64,000 nt of DNA from Haliotis rufescens (taxonomy: Eukaryota), in the NCBI RefSeq assembly GCF_023055435.1, contig NW_025963779.1, forward strand, positions 60,760,001-60,824,000, in the 5' to 3' direction. The notes under the pieces were generated by a model. The model saw only the letters and a program-made list of their open reading frames with translations, did not search any database and was not told the DNA's origin. This document shows, piece after piece, positions 63,003 through 64,000 of the stretch. Position 1 is the stretch's first letter. Each line of letters starts with the position of its first letter. The position numbers and the translations under genes are program-made.

Positions 63003-63553
63003 ACGGCGCCACGGGTGGCCCAAACGTCTTAGGCCCCGCATGGGGCATCCCAGAAACCTACAAAGTAGGGCGGATTTCCGGTTCGACCCGATTATGTTTC
63101 GATGTATGTCTTCACCATACCCGTGCCCATGTGGAAACCGGGGGACACGGGTGGCCCAGCCGTCTAAGGCGCCGCGATTTGCTGTGCAGAGTTGCGTCCC
63201 TTGGGCACGCCAGAAACCTGTCATTGTGGGTTCGAATCCCGGTTTGCCCCGATTATGTTTTTAGGTTTGTCAGCACCATACCCGTGCTCGTGGGTTTCAC
63301 CGAAGTGGTAAACGTCTGAGACCTGCATCACTTCGGGCTTTCCTCCCACATTAAGCTGAACCGCCGCGATATAACTGGAATACTGTTAAAAGCGGCGTTA
63401 AACCCAACTCACTCACTCACTCACTCATGTGAAAACCGTTTGAGTCACAAACTTTCCTCCAACATTCAGCTGACACGCCGTGAATTATACTGTTCACAGC
63501 AGCGTTAAACCCAACTCACTCACTCACTCACTCACTCACTCACTCACTCACTC
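63003..63553 (+). mobile_element. SINE family A young copy (63141-63426) nested in an older family A copy
   Basis: Inner copy is near-identical to the 11280 copy, with TSD ATGTGGAAACCG/ATGTGAAAACCG; the outer copy's head and tail lie on either side. Confidence 0.85.
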
Positions 63554-63687
63554 GGCGTCATGGGCAGTCTGTGCTGTCGTTTTGTGAAAAGAAGGTTATA
63601 GTTACCTGCCCATGTTTCATTCCTTAATGCGGCCGGTTTATAGCTTGTGTTTTGGTGACTGCGGCAGAAAACAACATTTACACACTA

Positions 63688-63905
63688 AGGTGAGGTGAAA
63701 TTATGTTTAACGTCGCGTCCAAGATTATTGCCCTTATATAGCGATATGTGTGTCTATGCGTGTGCGTGCGGGTTGTGTGTTTGTGATACCATGCCGCAGT
63801 TTAACATGAATACCCCACTCAGACACAGTATACTGACCCCGAGTCGACCAGTCCTTGTTTCAGCCCCTTGATGCCTGGCGCCAGACAGGGTAACAACAAG
63901 TACCT
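63688..63905 (-). mobile_element. SINE family C, 5'-truncated
   Basis: Reverse match to the body and tail of the 37700 copy. Confidence 0.8.
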
Positions 63906-64000
63906 TCTAACGCTCTACGACGATAGACCACGAAGACGGTACATGTGTCAGTATGTCAATGGCCATAAACATGATGAGATGTGTTTGGTGTAAAAAAATT

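Overview
AT-rich, intron-containing eukaryotic DNA. The SINE complement and the GRL101-type receptor point to a mollusc, probably a gastropod such as abalone (inference). Two host genes are supported, both on the minus strand. (1) An intronless ankyrin-repeat/SOCS-box (ASB-like) gene at 17042-18319. (2) A large multi-exon leucine-rich-repeat GPCR, reconstructed by hand from 14 phase-consistent GT-AG exons (38283 down to 23034, at least ~1350 aa), with the unusual architecture signal peptide - vWA - vWA - C-type lectin - ~6 LDLa - LRR - 7TM. One of its introns holds three minimal hammerhead-ribozyme motifs (Penelope pLTR-like) in a palindrome-plus-tandem arrangement. The rest is mostly repeats: four SINE or SINE-like families, a head-to-head pair of near-identical Tc1 elements with complementary lesions, decayed Gypsy, DIRS, LINE, Penelope-like, mariner and Tc1 relics, several MITEs (one AcademH-like), minisatellites, and an old local segmental duplication (~41.2-45.1 kb vs ~53.0-63.7 kb). 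No CRISPR, rRNA or genuine tRNA gene was seen. All coordinates were read by eye and no database search was run.
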